Shown here: piece by piece, positions 43,407 to 53,900 of the stretch
Layout of the letters: every line of letters begins with the position of its first letter
Numbering within the stretch: the first letter of the stretch is position 1
Source: a virus
Taxonomy: Duplodnaviria > Caudoviricetes
IMG/VR virus record: IMGVR_UViG_3300027833_002080
Span: 1,082-65,081 of that record
DNA length: 64,000 bases
Reading direction: 5' to 3' (one strand)
Made by a program: the position numbers and the translations under genes
Notes under the pieces: generated by a model
What the model was told of the DNA's origin: nothing
Database searches by the model: none
The model's input: only the letters and a program-made list of their open reading frames with translations

Positions 43407-43764
43407 GTTATTAATATTTTTACTACCTTTAACAGTTACAGCTCAAGAGTTTGTTAGTTCTAGCTCATTTAATTCTAAGATAGCTAAAGGAACAGTGGTA
43501 ATTGAGTTCTGGGCTGAGTGGAACGCAGGTAATCAAGTTGATTTTTTACCTTCGTTAAAAGATTGCGAGTCATACAGGCTGTGTATTGTAAAAGGAGCTA
43601 AGGTTCAAAAAGAATACAAAGTAACGGCTATACCTACAGTTATTATATTTGATAACGGGGTAGAGCAAAATAGGTTTAATCCTAATATAATGATGCAGTT
43701 AGCTGCAACTAAAAAGAAAGTACAAAAATCAATTGATAACATAACACTAAGTAAATTTCAGTAA
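43399..43764 (+). CDS. Secreted thioredoxin-fold protein lacking CxxC
   Basis: Signal peptide MNKLLIFLLPLTVTA/Q; VVIEFWAEW-NAGN in place of W-CGPC; YKVTAIPTVIIFDNG cis-Pro loop retained. Confidence 0.85.
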   Translation: MNKLLIFLLPLTVTAQEFVSSSSFNSKIAKGTVVIEFWAEWNAGNQVDFLPSLKDCESYRLCIVKGAKVQKEYKVTAIPTVIIFDNGVEQNRFNPNIMMQLAATKKKVQKSIDNITLSKFQ

Positions 43765-43883
43765 TGAAAAAATTAAAAGCCACTTTAAGCAAAGTACACA
43801 CATCAACTATAGCCATTTCTTTTTTTTGGACTGCTATGGTGATATGCTACATAATAGGTTTTATAATATTAACACATTCTTAA
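43764..43883 (+). CDS. Small single-TM peptide (39 aa)
   Basis: MKKLKATLSKVHTSTIAISFFWTAMVICYIIGFIILTHS; TAATG stop/start overlap. Confidence 0.6.
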   Translation: MKKLKATLSKVHTSTIAISFFWTAMVICYIIGFIILTHS

Positions 43884-43893
43884 ATAAATAACA

Positions 43894-44292
43894 ATGGCAA
43901 CTGTAACAACAAAATTAACAATTACTTCGCAAGATTTAGTTTCAAATGCTTTAAGTATAGCTTTAACTACTAAAGCTACTGTAGCACACACTACCGGGTT
44001 AGCGCGAGCTCCTATTACATCTACTTTAAAAACTACTGCTGCGGGGCAAGTAACTCTATATACAGCTAATGATTTTTCGTCTGGAGCTTACATGTTTATT
44101 AAAAACACAGACGTTACTGCTTTAGACTATATTTATATTTACGCAGATACTGCTGCTGATGATCCTGTACTGTTAAAGTTAGCAGGAGGTGAATTTGCAT
44201 TTTTGCCTATGAGTTCAGACACTACGTTAAAAGCGTACACAGCAACTAGTGGTACAATTGTAGAATGGATGGTTTTTGGAACAGACGCATAA
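43894..44292 (+). CDS. Hypothetical beta-rich (possibly virion) protein
   Basis: 132 aa, T/A-rich, YMFIKNT...LAGGEFAFLP. Confidence 0.65.
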   Translation: MATVTTKLTITSQDLVSNALSIALTTKATVAHTTGLARAPITSTLKTTAAGQVTLYTANDFSSGAYMFIKNTDVTALDYIYIYADTAADDPVLLKLAGGEFAFLPMSSDTTLKAYTATSGTIVEWMVFGTDA

Positions 44293-44293
44293 T

Positions 44294-44749
44294 ATGAAAC
44301 TAAGTAAAAACTTTGCGTTGTCTGAGATAATTCACAGCAACACAGCTAAAAGATTAGGGATAGAAAATGAGCCGACTAAAGCGCACTTGCAGAATATGCA
44401 GCATCTTATTGATGATCTTATACAGCCTCTTCGTAGCAGTATTGGTCCTATCAGGATCAGTAGTGGTTATCGCAACCCGGCGCTCAATCGTGCTATTGGT
44501 GGCAGTCGTTCTTCGCAGCACTGCAAAGGTGAGGCATTGGACATCCAGTTTTGGCAGATGGGGAAGATGATGAACGAACTTATCTATGAGTGGATTTTAG
44601 ATTCAGGTTTAGAGTTTGACCAGATGATTAATGAGTTTGACTTTGCTTGGATACATATATCTTTAAAAGCTAAAGATAATAGAAAACAAGTACTCGAAGC
44701 CTACAAAGATGAGGATGGAGATACTAAATACAAATACGCAGATGTTTAA
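44294..44749 (+). CDS. Endolysin, peptidase M15A family
   Basis: MKLSKNFALSE, ISSGYR, SQHCKGEALDI, WIHIS (Zn ligands H, D, H). ATG at 44294. Confidence 0.92.
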   Translation: MKLSKNFALSEIIHSNTAKRLGIENEPTKAHLQNMQHLIDDLIQPLRSSIGPIRISSGYRNPALNRAIGGSRSSQHCKGEALDIQFWQMGKMMNELIYEWILDSGLEFDQMINEFDFAWIHISLKAKDNRKQVLEAYKDEDGDTKYKYADV

Positions 44750-45131
44750 AAATATACTTAAAAGTTTAGTAGGGCAAGCCTCTAGTATAATAGATGAAGT
44801 TGTTACTACAGATGAAGAACGATTAGTTCTTAAAAACAAATTAGAACAGTTAGGGAAGGAGCATGAACAGGAAGTGTTCAAACTAGAAGTAGAGGATAGA
44901 AAAAGTGCCAGAACAATGTTCACTGATGATAGTGTCATACAAAAGGTACTAGCTATTATCTTTACTTGCGCTTATTTCTTTATATCTTATTTTATGTTTA
45001 AATATTTTATAACTAATACACTAGATCTTTCTGACTACGAGATAGGATTTATCTCAACAGTCTTTGGGGCAATGTCAAGTAAAGTGAACACAATAATTGA
45101 CTTTTTCTTTGGAGGATCTTCTAAAAAATAA
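44742..45131 (+). CDS. Putative holin (3TM / GTA-holin-like)
   Basis: IIDEVVTTDEE, EVEDRKSAR, two TM helices, DFFFGGS; adjacent to the endolysin. Confidence 0.75.
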   Translation: MFKNILKSLVGQASSIIDEVVTTDEERLVLKNKLEQLGKEHEQEVFKLEVEDRKSARTMFTDDSVIQKVLAIIFTCAYFFISYFMFKYFITNTLDLSDYEIGFISTVFGAMSSKVNTIIDFFFGGSSKK

Positions 45132-45136
45132 AAATA

Positions 45137-45859
45137 ATGACGTTAAATGAAATAGCATATAATTTACTAAATCTAGTGCGAGGTGGTAAGTCTAATCAAG
45201 ATGAAACTATTTCTATTGAGCAGATTAAATTTAATATAAAGCATTATCGAGCTATGTTTATTCGTAGAGATTTTGCAAAAAATAATGTTATATCTAGACA
45301 TTCAGAGCAAGACTTAGGTTGTGTTGAGCTTGAGAGGGTTAACGCTTCTCAGTGCTGCAACTTACCTGTAACTTACTCAGTGTTTAGAAGTAAAACTAAA
45401 ATACCTAAAACAGTAAGATTAAACTTTAAAGAAGCTTTAACTTACATAGGGGATGTTACTGGAACTACGACAATACCTTTAGTAGATTCTCATAGCATAC
45501 AATGGTTACCATATGATAAATACACAAAAGGTAGGTATAAATCGTATATGATTGCAGATTATCTGTATATTTACAACGCTGATGGTATTGATACAGTAAA
45601 TGTAAGAGGCATATTTGAAGATCCTGATGAGGTTGCGTTGTATTCTCAGTGTGGAGAACAAGATCCTTTAACAGGAGAATACTTTACACCATGCTATGAT
45701 TCAGCAAAAGATCCATTCCCTATATCGATGGATATGATAAGTTTAATTAACCAAGGTATCACAAGCGGAGAGCTAACATTAATTACATCTACGTTTAATG
45801 ATACCACTAACGATAGAGCGCAGGATAGGCCAACAGCTCCTGCACCTAATAATAACTAA
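45137..45859 (+). CDS. Tail ring / neck protein
   Basis: MTLNEIAYNLL...QIKFNIKHYRAMFI, VRGIFEDP, PFPIS motifs of crAss-like ring proteins. Confidence 0.75.
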   Translation: MTLNEIAYNLLNLVRGGKSNQDETISIEQIKFNIKHYRAMFIRRDFAKNNVISRHSEQDLGCVELERVNASQCCNLPVTYSVFRSKTKIPKTVRLNFKEALTYIGDVTGTTTIPLVDSHSIQWLPYDKYTKGRYKSYMIADYLYIYNADGIDTVNVRGIFEDPDEVALYSQCGEQDPLTGEYFTPCYDSAKDPFPISMDMISLINQGITSGELTLITSTFNDTTNDRAQDRPTAPAPNNN

Positions 45860-45874
45860 CTAAAATTTAAAACG

Positions 45875-46456
45875 ATGGCAAATAATAATTTTGACGATTT
45901 TTTACTAGATCCTTCTCACGACGATTTAGATTCATTACACCAAGACTCAGAACGTCAACTGTATAAAGATGGTGGAACTCGCGCAGACAGACGTATCAAA
46001 AGAAACGTAGAAAAAGGTAATCTTAAAAAAGCTGCTAGAATTTCTGCACGACAAACAAAACGTATGGATAGAAAAGCAAGTAAAAAAATAAAAAAAGGAC
46101 CTTTAACTAAAGCAATTAAAGATACTTCAGAGCTTTCTAAAAAGCAAAAGTCGGCAGTTAACGTTGCTAATAAGCCTGCTGAGAAGCCTAAATTTAAACC
46201 AACTCCTACTACTAAAGCACAAGCAGCCCCTCAAGGAGCTACTAATGCGCCAGGTAAAACTAAAACTAAAAGAGGTACTGGAGTTACATACGAAGGTGCG
46301 TGGAGAGATAATAAGAACAACGTAAAGAGCAAGTACAAAACTTATAAAGAGTTTGAGTCAGCAGCTAAAGCTTACAATAAAAAGAAGGATGCAGCTAAAG
46401 CTAAACCTAAAGCTAAGCCTAAAGTAAAGGCAGATAATATGAGTACAAGATCTTAA
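45875..46456 (+). CDS. Lys-rich putative DNA-condensing/internal protein
   Basis: Acidic N-terminal segment ending YKDGG, then a highly basic body with KPKAKPK repeats. Confidence 0.65.
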   Translation: MANNNFDDFLLDPSHDDLDSLHQDSERQLYKDGGTRADRRIKRNVEKGNLKKAARISARQTKRMDRKASKKIKKGPLTKAIKDTSELSKKQKSAVNVANKPAEKPKFKPTPTTKAQAAPQGATNAPGKTKTKRGTGVTYEGAWRDNKNNVKSKYKTYKEFESAAKAYNKKKDAAKAKPKAKPKVKADNMSTRS

Positions 46457-46932
46457 TGAGTTATACTCTTAGAGATATATATAAGGATTATACAAAATCA
46501 TGTAACAATCCTGTAGATAGTTTAACTTTTCGAGATATATGTTCAGATTTCAATATTGAAGTAATGGACTATATCTTGGATGGTAACTCTTTTAATATAG
46601 GGTTTAACCTATCAACCATTGCTATCACTAGACACGATAGAGATCCTCGAAACCCTAGAATAGATTGGGGAGAGAGTAATAAGTATAGAAAAGAACTTAT
46701 AGCTGAAGGAAAAAAGATTTACGACGTAGTAACAAACGAAGGAGAACAATGGTTTATATACCATACAGACTCTTTTTATTGTAAGTTTTATTGGAATAAA
46801 GGAAAATGTAAAGTAAAAAATAAGTCCGTGTATCGTTTTGACGCTACAAGAGGCGTTAAAGGAAATAAAGATAAACTTATAAACCTTTTAAAAACTGATG
46901 ATTTAGCATACTTAAGATTTAAAAAGAAATAA
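46456..46932 (+). CDS. crAss-type IHF/HU-like protein
   Basis: RIDWGES...WFIYHTD...KFYWNK...YRFDATRG; position in the tail module. Confidence 0.65.
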   Translation: MSYTLRDIYKDYTKSCNNPVDSLTFRDICSDFNIEVMDYILDGNSFNIGFNLSTIAITRHDRDPRNPRIDWGESNKYRKELIAEGKKIYDVVTNEGEQWFIYHTDSFYCKFYWNKGKCKVKNKSVYRFDATRGVKGNKDKLINLLKTDDLAYLRFKKK

Positions 46933-47099
46933 TGGCTAAAAATAAAAAAGGAAAAGAGCAAGGTGCAGACGGCAAAGCTTGCTGGGAAGGTTACAGATAT
47001 AACGGCACTGTAAATGGTAAAGATAAATGTGTAAAAATAAATCGCTATGGTGGCTTTATTGAAGAGCCTTCTGTAGTAAATTTAGATAAGTTAACGTAA
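46932..47099 (+). CDS. Small protein with CWxGY...CV motif (55 aa)
   Basis: MAKNKKGKEQGADGKACWEGYRYNGTVNGKDKCVKINRYGGFIEEPSVVNLDKLT; TAATG overlaps at both ends. Confidence 0.7.
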   Translation: MAKNKKGKEQGADGKACWEGYRYNGTVNGKDKCVKINRYGGFIEEPSVVNLDKLT

Positions 47100-47980
47100 T
47101 GGCTATATATAGAACAGAATCAAGTAAGATAATAATACGTAAAGTATTCAGAGATTTAAAGCTTCAACATAGTAATTGGATTGACGATGCTATAGAATGG
47201 ATAGGGGAAGCTTTAGAGCATATAGGGTCAAGCACACAGCTTGTGACTAAGACATGTGTATTACCTATAAAAGATCACAGACATTTTTTACCTGCAGATC
47301 TGTATTATATAAACCAAGTTGCTGTAAACTCGGCTGTCACAGATAAAATCGACCAAGATCTTGATGCTTTAATTAAGACAGTTAAGCATTTAAATAAAAC
47401 TATTGAAGACGCTAAAGAGCAAGGTATGAATTATGACAACACAGTTGTTACTTTGCAAGAAATTAATTCTCGGATAGTTGTTTTAGAAAACGCTTACTTT
47501 GAGGATGTGACAAGTTTAGCGCCTTTGCAATATGGAGCTAGTACGTTTCATGATAGTATACACTGTGAAAGTTGTGTAAATAGAAACGCAAAAAATGAAG
47601 ATACATACATTATAGATAATGGATACATAAAGACTTCTTTTACGACAGGAAAGATATGTCTTAGTTATACAGTATTTCCTACTGATGGAGATAACTTCCC
47701 TTTAGTGCCAGCAGACATTAGTTTTAAAGAAGCTATGTTCTGGTACATTTATAAAAAATTACTATTGTCTATGCCTACTTTGGTTAATAACGGAATAGAT
47801 TACGCTTTTGCTGAGGAGCAATGGAAGTACTATTGTACACAAGCTCGTAATGCTGCTAATTATCCAGATATAGATAGATACGAATCGTTTATGAATCAAT
47901 GGGTAAGAATGATCCCATCTTTAAATAAACATGATTTAGGTTTTGAGCAATTAAATACTAGAGAAAACTTACTAAGGTAA
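47099..47980 (+). CDS. Tail tubular / ring protein
   Basis: IEWIGEALEHIG, GYIKTSF, FPLVP, WKYYCTQAR; directly upstream of the stabilisation protein. Confidence 0.78.
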   Translation: MAIYRTESSKIIIRKVFRDLKLQHSNWIDDAIEWIGEALEHIGSSTQLVTKTCVLPIKDHRHFLPADLYYINQVAVNSAVTDKIDQDLDALIKTVKHLNKTIEDAKEQGMNYDNTVVTLQEINSRIVVLENAYFEDVTSLAPLQYGASTFHDSIHCESCVNRNAKNEDTYIIDNGYIKTSFTTGKICLSYTVFPTDGDNFPLVPADISFKEAMFWYIYKKLLLSMPTLVNNGIDYAFAEEQWKYYCTQARNAANYPDIDRYESFMNQWVRMIPSLNKHDLGFEQLNTRENLLR

Positions 47981-50900
47981 TGACGGAAAAAAGATTTTTA
48001 AAAGGATTATTCAAAGACACAGGTCATTTAGATCAACCTGAAGGTACGTGGAGATACGCTTTAAATGCAGTATTGAATACACAAAAAGGGGCAATATCTA
48101 ATGAAGCTGGAGCTGAGCACATAACTAAAATAGATCCAAATTTTAAAGCAATAGGAGCTATAGAAATTTCAGACGGTAGAGTAGTTTTATTTTTAAAAAA
48201 CTTGACTGATAAGCAAGCAATGATAGTGCTGCTTAATAATAATATAGTTACAATTCTGTTTCAACCTCCTCTTTTGTTTGACTTAAATTTTAATACATCT
48301 TACCCAATTGAAGGTACGTTTAAAATTGACTCTAAAGGGGATCTTGTTGTGTACTGGGTAGATGCTTTAAATCCTCCCAGAGCGTTTAACGTGACTCGAC
48401 AACAAAGAGCACTAAATGATGGGAGTAATTTTACACGTTTATACGGGTTAAATGCGTCTTCTTTTCAAAATAGCTTTGACATTACATCGCATTTAGATAT
48501 TTTAAATCTTTTTCCAAGTTCTGGGCCCGTACCTAAAATAAGTATAAGTACTGATCCCTTAGATCCCACAATTAAAGAAGGGGGAGGATTGTTAACTGGC
48601 GTGTATTATTTAGCGCTTGCGTACGTAGATGAAGATTTAGTGGCAACTAACTATTTATCTATATCAGATCCTATTTCTATTGTAGAAGAATTTGAATTTA
48701 CTAAACCTACAACTAAAGTAGACGGAGCTAAAGCAGGAAGCCAGACTTCTAAATCTATTACATGGTCAATAAATAACTTAAACCCTGATTATAAATATAT
48801 TAGGCCTATTGTTATACGTAAATTAGATACCGCAGTTGATGCTTTTAGGCTTAATGATGTAGCAAATATACCTTACACTACAGTAGTAACTTCTAAAAAA
48901 ATTACTTTTTCTGGAGTAGAAGGAGTTGCTAGTGCAGCTGTAGCAGATGTAATAATAGATACAATAGGGTATGAATCAGCTAAGACGATTAATCAATTAG
49001 ATAATGTTTTATATTTAGGAAATGTTACAAGTAATAAAGATGTAGGTTTTCAAAAGTACGCTAACGCAATACAAGTAGAGTCTACAGTTAAACCTATTAC
49101 GTACTTTGATCCGTTTTATGCAAGTCAAGATAATCTTGAAACTGGGTTTGCAACTTCGGCTGTTGATGGAGGGTATACAATAGATTCTACAAAATCTTAT
49201 AGAAATCATATACTTAACTCTCAACACAGAGGGTATATGAGAGATGAAACATATGCTTTATATGTAGCGTTTGTTTTAAAAGACGGGTCAATGTCTTATG
49301 CATATCACATTCCAGGGAGAGAAAATTTATATGTTTCTGAAAAAACACCTTTATCTGATGGGGGAGATTTAAATGAATTGCACATGGCTGCATTAGGCCC
49401 ACATTCTAAACAGTTTCATTTAACGGATAGCAGTAGCCCATCATCTTTAGTAGATAATTTTTTCGAAAACAGATTAAGTTCTCCTAGACAGCAAATGAAT
49501 TACTGGGAAAACTCTACAGAATTATATCCAGATACTGGAAATTACGACATTTTTCATATAAAATCTAACGGTACATCGGCAGACGGTACTGAAATTTCTC
49601 CTAGTATTGCAGCAAATAAAACATTAAAAAATCAAAACGTAAGACATCATCATTTTCCATCAAATGATAATTACTTTAGAAGAAGTATAAATGCCGGGCA
49701 TGTAGGGAGTTCATCTGTAGCTACGGTAAGTACCTCTAGCTATGCAAATAATGTAGATTGGTCAGGTACAGTTAAGTTTTATAGAAGTGACAGCAATACA
49801 AGTTCATACGGAAATGTAGCAGGGGCAGCTAACATCGCAGCAATACATAACCAAACAAAATATACAGGAGATCAAATGAGTGATGCTTTGTCTCCTCAAT
49901 GGAGCCCCCCACTGTTATTTCAATCGGCAGGCCTAAGTAACATGACTAATGCTAACTTAGTAGGAGAAGATTTTTATAGAGAAGAGAGCACTGCAATAAC
50001 AAATGCTAACAACGCTGGGACAGTAACAATTAATAACGGATTGTACAATGGAGGTACAGGTGTATTTGTAGCAGATCAAGCTATGACTATTTCAAACATG
50101 AAATTCAAAGTTTGGTGGTTTAGAGATGAGGCCAACTTTGACACAATGAAAGCAAGAGTTGTTATAGAGACGGCTAATAATGAGAGATATTATACCATAC
50201 CGGATGGTGACGTTACAAATGGTGATTGGGGAGTTTCTGGATATAATACAAATTTGGGTGTAAATCATTGGGATTATAATTATAAAGATAACCTTAACGA
50301 AATGTACCCGGAGGCCACAACTGCACACGGAACCGTATCTGGTCTACCAGTTCCTATTACTTTAGGGATAGGAGATAAAATGTGGGTTGAAGGTAGAGCT
50401 TTTATAGGGCATGATCCTGATAAAGGTATACGTCAGGCAGGTACAACAGAAAGTGATGGGCCACAACAGCCTAGTGGATCAGATAACTATTGGCAATTTG
50501 ATATTGATACCACTCCTACTAGTGGGTATACTACAACTGGATATGATTCTGTAGTTTCACATAATGTAAATGCTCTAGGATTTCACTTAAATAATTTTAA
50601 GATTCCTAAAAGCATAGCTGATAAAGTTCAAGGTTTTCGTGTTTATAGAGCTAAGAGAGGTCATGCCAATAAAACTATTTTAGGGCAAGATATACTTTTA
50701 CCTATGTCTGAACAGACTACAGCTATAGGAGCCTGCTCTGAGGCAAGTGCAGGAGCAGATAGCATTTTAGAAAGTCTTAGTGGCCAGCCAGAGTTATTCC
50801 ACAAAAAAGAACCTTGGCCAGGACCTGCTAGCAATTACCCTGAAGGGTACAATCATTTTAGTTTTCATGATTTTAATCTTCTTAGGACTAAAAATAGTTT

Positions 50901-53900
50901 AGCAGGAGCTACGCATATTAAGCCTATTTACATGGTTAACAATCTTGTATGGAATGGACCAACTTTAAAACAAGACAAAAAATCATTAACTACAATAGTA
51001 AACTACGATCCATTAACAGCTAATGAGGTAAAAGAGCATTGGGGGTATGATACAGAATTTAATTGTTACGCTGAAGATATTAACTCTGCAATATTTATAG
51101 GGTTAGACTACGTTTTTAATGTGCAACCAAATTATGGGGAAGCCGACGTACCAGCATATAGATTTGCACGCATGTTAAATCAAAAAGCAAAAACTTATTT
51201 AAGAGGTGATAGTATATTTGATGCAACAGCTTTAGGTTTTGGGGGTAAGGTGGTAAATAATTTTGGAGAGTCTGCAATTGTTTTGTCAACTAAACAATAT
51301 ATGGGCGCTTTAAAATGTGAGCCAGACGGTACTGCAGCAGATGAATCGGATTTCTTTGGAAAAGCTCCATTAGACGCGCCACCTTGGTTAGTAAATCAAC
51401 CTTTAATATCTAGCACACAAACTGCAGATGTAACTGCTACTATTGCAAATACAAGGTATTTAAATTACATGGTAAATTTACATGCGTATAAAACAGATGT
51501 ATATAAATCTATTGATAGTCAAGAGCTCGTTTGGACCGGGTACGAAGTCTTAGGTAAAGATTTAGAAAATTTTATTTTTAACGATGACAGCACTTCAGAT
51601 AAATATTTAAATCATATAAAAACAGGAAGTGAATTTAGTTCAAGTGGGTATAACAAAGACACTATATATACTACTAAAAAAGATGCAACACTCATAGGCG
51701 ATAATGCCACTGGGTATTATACTAACGGTATTTTTGGAGGCGATACATTTATTTGCAGATACGGATTTGCATCTGCAATAACGCCAATTGATAATGCGTC
51801 AACGTCAAACCCTAAAAGAGCTATTTATTACAATATTGTTGAAAGTCCTGATAACATTAACTTTAGGCATGCAGAAGATAATGATAGCATGTATTTTCCA
51901 CATTCTCCTGCAAAAAATGTTTTAAAGAATGTAGGAGATAGAGATCTAACTCACCAAGATAACGTACGCTATAATGATAATTATTCTTCAGATAGTGATA
52001 TAAGAACAGCTTTTCCGTTACCACTTCGAGATACAACACATACATCTTTTCCTACTAGAACGCATAGAAGTACTACTGCGGATAACACTAGTATAATTGA
52101 TAACTATAGAATATTTTTAGCAAATCAGTATAAAGATCTTCCTAAAAATAGAGGAGATTTATGGAAATTATCTAGTTTTAATAATTTATTGTATTTTCAT
52201 ATGGAAAACAGCTTGTTTGCTACAAAAGGTAAACAAACTATGGAAATGAAAGATGGTACTGAAGCCTTTGTTGGGAGTGGAGATATATTTGTTCAGCCTC
52301 CAGATGAGATTCTACAAACAACGCTTGGGTATGGAGGTACGCAGTCACAATGGGCTGCTCTTACTACAAGATACGGATACTTTTTTGTAAATAAAAAAGA
52401 CCGTAAAGTGTTTTTAATGGCGCAAGCTCTTACAGATATAAGCGCTTTAGGAATGGAAAATTGGTTTAAAGCCAATTTAAAATTTGAGCTAGAAAGCTAC
52501 GGGTTACCAGAAACTATGGACAATCCTATAATTGGTATTGGCCTTCACTCGGTGTGGGATCCTGAACAAAAAAGAATTGTTTTGACCAAAAGAGATAAAA
52601 GACCAACCCGTGAATTTATACATAGATATGGTCCTGGAACAAATCCAACTATACAATTCAATAATACTGCTATGCAGTATGAGTTAGTGAACAGCGTAAC
52701 TACTACTACATCTACAGGGGAAGCAGGAGCTACTCCTACAGACAATTGGAATCTTTTTATTGAGCAATGGGAAGCAGGAAATGCATATTTATTGCAGAGT
52801 TACGAAAGTTTTCAAGAATTTGGGCCTAGCGAAATACCTAATGTATTGCCCGCTAATGCAAGTGGGCAGTATAGTTTACCTGTAGGTGCCTTAGTGCTTC
52901 TTGATACATATAACCCATTTGGAGGGTTAACTACAACCGAGTATTTATATACTCTACCAACAACTCCTATTGTGTATTGGCCAGATGAAGGAGGGGCTAA
53001 TGCGTTAGTTATTAATACAGTAAGTAATATGCCTGCGCAATTTACTAATGCAGCTGGTGTAGTAGTGTTTTATGAAAATCCTCAAACGTACGTTTCAACG
53101 TTAGAAACAACTTCAAACACTAATGTGACAACTGCTCTTATAGATTATAATAACCCTAATTATTTTACAAATTCAGGGTGGAGTATATCATTTAATCCTG
53201 AGATTAATGCATGGGTGTCTTTCCATTCTTACATTCCTTATTTGTATTTTAATGCATTAGGAAGTTTTATGGCTTTAAGTGATACTGCATCTACTATTCA
53301 AACTAATGATGCAGGCGCTAAGTTATTAGAATTAGACAGTGTAATATGGTCACATAGAGGTACTAATAATTTTACATATGGGCAATATTACCAAAATTAT
53401 GTAGATGCAGGCGTTGACTTAGTAGAAGGTGATTTTGGAACCGGTTTTCCAGAGTATTTTGATACTAATCCTTTTATTATTGATTTTGTTCATAATGAAA
53501 ATAAAGTAATGGCAGCGTTGTATTCTAGTATTGCATACACTGTAGATGTTGTAAACGCTAGCCAATCTAATTTATCAGAAGGAGGATTTGATCAGTTTTA
53601 CGTATACAATACTAACCAACTGTCTGGACTACAAGATTTAAAGTACTTAGCCAACACAAGAAAGGTAGGTACGAATTGGAAAATTAATTCATTTAGAGAT
53701 ATGTCTAAGTTATTAAAACTTGAGATACAAGATCCAGAAAATTACTGGCTTCACGGAGAAGATACTTTTCTTGGATTTCCGCTATCTGAGCACACTACGA
53801 CTACAGCAAACAACATGTTTGTTATAGATGGTATGAATGAAATTATAAATAATTCTTATATAGACGAAGAAAAAATTTGGAGTTCTAGAAAAAAATTCGT

